Shown piece after piece: positions 55,560 to 64,000 of a stretch of 64,000 nt of DNA. A program made the position numbers and the translations under genes. The notes below the pieces were generated by a model. It worked only from the letters and a program-made list of their open reading frames with translations, ran no database searches and was not told where the DNA came from. The stretch's first letter is position 1. Every line of letters begins with the position of its first letter. The DNA is from Octopus vulgaris (Eukaryota): the NCBI GenBank assembly GCA_951406725.2, contig OX597833.1, positions 25,048,001-25,112,000 of the forward strand, given 5' to 3'.

Positions 55560-58348
55560 AAAATAGTAATAGCTTGCTCGGTCAGAGACATATAGATGGT
55601 TTGGAAGAAGACAATAAAACTAATGGTGACATGATAGAAGTGCAAAAGCAATCTACAAGACTCAAGGCAAGGCTATAGGAGAAGGATATCGACATTTATT
55701 TGCAACCTTAAAAAGGTTGATCGGTGGAAATGGAACCAAGAATCGAAAAATGTGAATGAAATTAATTCTGAAATGCATTAGAACAAAAAACATTGCAGAA
55801 ACAAAGAATTTGATCAAAGCAGCAAATACTGTTGTAGCAGAAAATGTGTGTGTTGATGTCAAAGAAAAGAAATATAATGGGAGTGACAAAAGAAAATATC
55901 CATGGTGTAAAAGAAGTATACAGGCGGGGTTAGATATGCTCTTGAAATGAAAAAAGGGAGTTTAAAAGCGAACATAAATACAGGGCACTGAACAGGAACT
56001 ATAATATTGAAATAAAAGACCTGGAAATGGTAATGGAGGACTGAAACAGTACCTCGTTGCAAAGAATACAATGATGGTATGGTAATATACAACCAAAGAA
56101 TGAAGGGGAACCAGCAGAATAGGTCATTCAGAGTAGATCAGAAGAGATCCTACAAAGAGATAAATGGAGAGTGTACAGATGAAAAGTTGATACTAGATAA
56201 CATTGAAAGTCACAGGTTTTGAAGTGACATCTGGAGCAAAGACAAGGGGCACAAGAAGGACGCTGAATTGTTTCAAGAACTGAAACAAATCGTAGTCTGT
56301 CCAAAACAGGTAGAACTAATAATTTATTTAGGGAAGTGAAGGAATTCAGCAAAAAAAAAGACCAGATGGAGTTCAAGGCTACTGGATCAAATAGTGGAGG
56401 ATGAAACTGACAGCATATGGAAGAAATTTAGGGACAACAGAAATCAGGTACGCACCTTCGAAGAGTACTGCCTGTCCCCACTGATCTTTGTACTGTGCAT
56501 GATACCACAAACACTGATTCTGAGGAAAGCTGGGTATGTATTCAAAAGCCGCCAACAAAAAGTCAACCACTTGTTATTCATGGATGGCCTCAAACTTTTT
56601 GGTAAAAGGAATCTCAACTCAGTCCCCTCGTTGATATGGCGTATTCTTTCAGTGCTGATATCAGAATGGAGTTTGGACTTAAAAAATGTGGTGTATAGCT
56701 GGTGAAATATCATACACGAATAGCTGCACAACTCAACACCTTGTTAAATACTGAATACGTAACACCAGAGTGATTGACAATGGGTAGGACAGTGCTGTGC
56801 TTGAAAAATATTGAAAAAGGCAATACGGTAGACAGTTACTCGCCGATCTCCTGCTTACCAATTATGTGGAAATTATTGACTGGAATAGTCGCAGATTCAA
56901 TGTACGGATATCTGGAGGAAAATGGAGTCTTGCCACATGAGCATAAGGGTTGCAAGCGTAAGTGCAGAGGTACCAAGTAACAACACCTGGGAGACAAAAT
57001 TGTACTTAGAGACTGCAAGAGAAGGAAAACTAAGGCATTGATTATCGTAAGGCGTACGATATGATCCCATATTCTTGGATTACAAAATGTAGGAACCTGT
57101 TTGGTATTGCATCGAATGTTGGGTGATTGCTTGGAAAAAGTATGGGGAAGTGGAGGATGAAACTGATAGCATATGGAAGAAATTTAGGGACAACAGAAAT
57201 CAGGTACGCACCTTCGAAGAGTACTGCCTGTCCCCACTGATCTTTGTACTGTGCATGATACCACAAACACTGATTCTGAGGAAAGCTGGGTATGTATTCA
57301 AAAGCCGCCAACAAAAAGTCAACCACTTGTTATTCATGGATGACCTCAAACTTTTTGATAAAAGGAATCTCAACTCAGTCCCCTCGTTGATATGGCGTAT
57401 TCTTTCAGTGCTGATATCAGAATGGAGTTTGGACTTAAAAAATGTGGTGTATAAGTCTTGAAGAGGGGCAAAATCAAATGTATACAAGGGCTAGCGATAA
57501 TGCCGGGGAAGTTATGAGGCAAATACAAGAAACGGGCTATAAGAATGCATGGACAATTTCATAGTGATGTTGAAGATAAGACTTTGAGAGAAAAAAGATG
57601 GCTATGGCTGACTAAAAGTGATTTAAAACCGAAAACGGAGAGTCTAATCTGTGCTGCCCAAGAGCTAGCACTAAGAACGAATTACATAAAATACAGAATA
57701 GACAACGCATCAGAAACTGATAAGTGCACGATCTGTGGAGAAATGGACAAAACCGTATGGCATATTATCAGTCAATATACACCACTAGCGTATAAGAGAT
57801 GTCATAACAATATAGCAGGGATTGTCCATTGGATACTTTGCAACACGTATGGACTTGACAGAGCAAAAATGTAGTACGAACTTAAGTCCGAAGGCTTAGT
57901 CGAAAATGATAATGGGATTCTGATTCAGTACGACCATGAGATAGAATACAGGAAGCCAGACACAGTGTCACTTGAGAAAGAAAGCAAACGATGCTGGCTC
58001 ATAAATATAGCATGCCCAGCTGACAACAAGGTATGCGATAAGGAAGAAAGAAAAGTCGATAGATATGACAGGTTAGCTTGGGAGGTTAAACAGTTATGGT
58101 CGATGAAAAAGGTGGTAGTGGAACGAATAATTGTAGGAGCCCTGGCAACAGTGAGTGAAAATCTCGAGAAGTACATGGAAAAATAGGGGCTGCAATAAGA
58201 GTAGAGCACTTGCAAGAAACACCACTGCTTGGAACCGCTCGAATAGTCCAGATAGTCCTCGAAAAATAAGGGATGTTACTTTAGTTCACTGTTAGTGAAC
58301 AGCTGGCACCGTAGTGCATCTCCAGTGATAACAGCTGTGCAAAGACAA
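55560..58348 (+). mobile_element. Decayed R4/Dong-clade LINE (RT, Zn knuckle, RLE)
   Basis: [105 protein letters not shown]; ends at (TAC)n(TAA)n. Confidence 0.92.
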
Positions 58349-58349
58349 T

Positions 58350-58414
<65 letters not shown>

Positions 58415-58418
58415 ATAC

Positions 58419-58444
<26 letters not shown>

Positions 58445-58451
<7 letters not shown>

Positions 58452-59960
58452 TAACAAAAACAACAACACCCGGCATACACACACTGGACTCGACAAAGAC
58501 ACTAAAATCAGAGATTTAGTCAGCGATCCCCCATATAAATACCTAGAAACTGCGAAAATACAACACACAGAAATGTAATGGTAAATTGCGACAGAGTATT
58601 ACAGAAAAGTTAAAAGTACTATTAAACACTGAACTCAATGCTAAAAATAAGATAATAGGGATAAACACACTAGCTATACTACTGAAGAATTACAGCTTGA
58701 ACATAATAAACTGGAAAACCAGGGAACTGAGTAACTTAGAAACATGAGAGACACAGATAATACATGTCTACCTCGCTCAGACGGAGATCGTGACCTGACA
58801 CAGCGAGATAGCTACAATAAAATAGTAACAGTCGAATTAGTAATGTACTTAGAAACAAAAACTGGAAGACTACTACATGTAATAGCACAACGCCAGAAAA
58901 AGAAAATGTACCTCTCTATACACAAAGTGGTGACAAAATACAAAACAGAAACAAACTACACTGATACACTGATGACAACATAGTAAAAATGGTCTGAGAC
59001 AAACAACAACATGCAAACAGAACTACAAAACATTCTAAAAAAGAAATGTGAAGGGAAAAATCACTTCAAGGCCAACAATCTGCAAATCTTGACAGAGAAG
59101 AGGTGAGCGTAAGTAAAAACCAACAATGACTCAAAATCTCTGGACTAAAAGCTGGAACGGAAGGATTGATTCTCGCTGCACAAGACCAATGTCTGACCAC
59201 ACAACTATAAAAACAAAATAATGAAAACCGGTCCTAACACCAAATGCAGAATGTGCAACCAGCATAATGAAACAGTTGACTACATCATCTCTGGCTGACC
59301 AGTCCTGGCAATCTGACACGACCGAATAAGTAGTTATATCCACTGGACAATATGTCAATGCTAAAACATAAAACTGCGCATTTGTATAAAAGCTTTAAGT
59401 GATAGAAAATTCAGTTAAGATTTCCCACACCCGAACACCCAACTTCAAATATGATCAGGTCCGTGAAGTTACCTATTTCAGAACATTTTTATGGAAAGTG
59501 ACAGGTGAAGTATAGCCAAAACATCCCATTGTTTGGAACATAATCATATTCCCTTTAACCATTGCTACGAAAAACTATTCAGCTCTCATTGAAGATGTTA
59601 TAACACACAATACAACAAATTTAACAGCGGATAGATAAGGTAAACAACACCAGACAGATTGACCTGTCATCTAAGGCACAAGGTGCATTTCTTCAACCAC
59701 ATAATTTTCAGATATCACGACACGAGGAACACAGTAACATTAGCGCGTGACATTCATGATTTACAAGACATGGAAATTAACCCCCACACAAAGTGTAAAA
59801 GTCTGGAAAGGTGCACACTATTTATAAATGGCTTTAAAAGTACAACTTATGTACAGCAAAAAACATAGCAGAGGTAGAACAACATGAAAAATTCTGGTAA
59901 TTATCTTGGTGATACCAGGAGTATTTTTATGAAAGCTCACCAATTATACAACGTATATCC
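58445..59960 (+). mobile_element. Another decayed R4/Dong-like LINE 3' part
   Basis: ELNAKNKIIGINTLAI, GLKAGTEGLILAAQDQCL, KCRMCNQHNETVDYIISG, IHWTICQ; begins directly after (TAA)n. Confidence 0.75.
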
Positions 59961-60119
59961 TCCAACATTCTGAGCGATGTTTGTATGACTTACAAAAGCT
60001 CTGTGTTACAGCATTACATGAATTGTATGAGTGTCTTAGATCATGGAAATTAGTTGATATTGTAATTGGTAAGGTTTTTATTCAGTCTATCATTACACTA
60101 TACAATGACTTTAGGCATG

Positions 60120-63015
<2,896 letters not shown>

Positions 63016-63098
63016 TCGTTCGTAAATATAAATCCGAAAGAAGAAGTACACTCTAAGTTATAGAGCGGTATATATTAAAGTTAGATAAGTCTGGTTTA

Positions 63099-63144
63099 TG
63101 GGATTACCTTAGGTTTCACGTCCATGGCGTATTATCACATCCCA
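63099..63144 (-). ncRNA. Degenerate type-I hammerhead at a PLE 3' end
   Basis: Minus strand: TGGGAT-GTGATAA-T-ACG..CGT-GAAAC-CTAAG-GTA-ATCCCA; 6-bp stem I intact, core two substitutions from CTGATGA. Confidence 0.6.
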
Positions 63145-63339
63145 AAACCTGTTGACTAAACGCCTCTTTAACGAGTGGTCTCTCTAGAATATTGAGGAGG
63201 AAATGACGCCCTTACTCAATATCAAAAATGAGGATTGTCCCACCTTGGCTATCGATCACCGATGTCAAGAAGGGTAATTGTATGCCTTTAGCTATCGATC
63301 GCCGGTGACCCTGTTATCCCGTGGGTTGCAAGAGGTTAG

Positions 63340-63570
63340 TAGAAATTTCCAGATAGATAGATGATAGAAGACACTTTTTCTGGAATTCAGCATCAATCCT
63401 TGGGTCGAAGGAGTCCATTAGCATCCTTGCCTGTTCCGCTATGCATAACTTACAGCGATTAGTCCCGTTGATGTAGGGCCTGGAGTTTCTAGGATTTTCC
63501 TTCATATAGTGTATGGAACCCTGTTGTTTATCAGCTGCCAAACATGCTTGGCTAGTAACGTTACGAATCA
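63340..63570 (-). pseudogene. PLE (Naiad-like) GIY-YIG C-terminal remnant
   Basis: RPYINGTNRCKLCIAEQARML..KKCLLSS; lies just upstream of the hammerhead on the same strand. Confidence 0.7.
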
Positions 63571-64000
63571 CTTTCCTGCTATCCTCAAGGAGGATCTATG
63601 GCTGGAGAGGCAGTGTTTGAACGACTTCCCGGAACAACGGATGTATCTCGGTGGTCAGGTGTTGGCAGTGGTGTATCTGTTAGTGTTGGCGTCACTGCCA
63701 CCGTTGTTGCTTGAACTGGCGCTGTTGGTGGTAGCGCTGCCGGTGTTGGTGTCATTGGAGGTCGCTATGGCCATCGCTATTGATGGAAACGCTGTCATTG
63801 CTGTTGTAGATGTCATTGGTGATGTCTCTGCTGCTATTTCTGTTAGGGATATTGCAATTGATGTCGTCGCTGTTATTGTTATTATCGCTGGCGATGGTAC
63901 CACGGCTGCTGCTATTGGAAGTGTCGAGCCTGCTGCTGCAGCCGTAGCCGTTTAGGGAAGCTGCTGCTGCTGTTGTCGTTGGGGATACTGTCATTATTGT

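Noticed and set aside
63509-64000. 148-aa hydrophobic ORF and Thr/Ser-rich antisense ORFs
   Set aside because: Low-complexity degenerate trinucleotide sequence next to a PLE remnant; no evidence for a gene

Overview
Eukaryotic, AT-rich, microsatellite-saturated non-coding DNA; the repeat landscape (tRNA-SINEs with internal TA/TG tracts, R4/Dong-type LINEs, Penelope-like elements, non-autonomous Helitrons) suggests an octopus/cephalopod genome (inference). I recognise no intact host gene, and nearly all listed ORFs are translations of simple repeats. The window holds decayed transposons: several SINE families, RLE-type LINEs flanked by (TAA)n, an RTE-like endonuclease fragment, a Tx1/L1 3' end, mariner/Tc1 relics, hAT MITEs, Helitrons and Penelope-like (PLE) remnants. 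Three things stand out. (1) About ten type-I hammerhead-ribozyme motifs from at least five sequence families lie mostly in short non-coding elements in TA tracts, several with non-canonical cores. (2) A near-identical inverted, circularly permuted ~556-bp hammerhead-carrying unit lies at 6976-7899, and a MITE-looking element at 19835-20183 contains a canonical hammerhead core. (3) A 2-kb ORF1-only (RRM-like plus CCHC) retroelement is inserted with a 14-bp TSD into the tRNA head of a SINE. Coordinates were read by eye; boundaries of degenerate elements are approximate.
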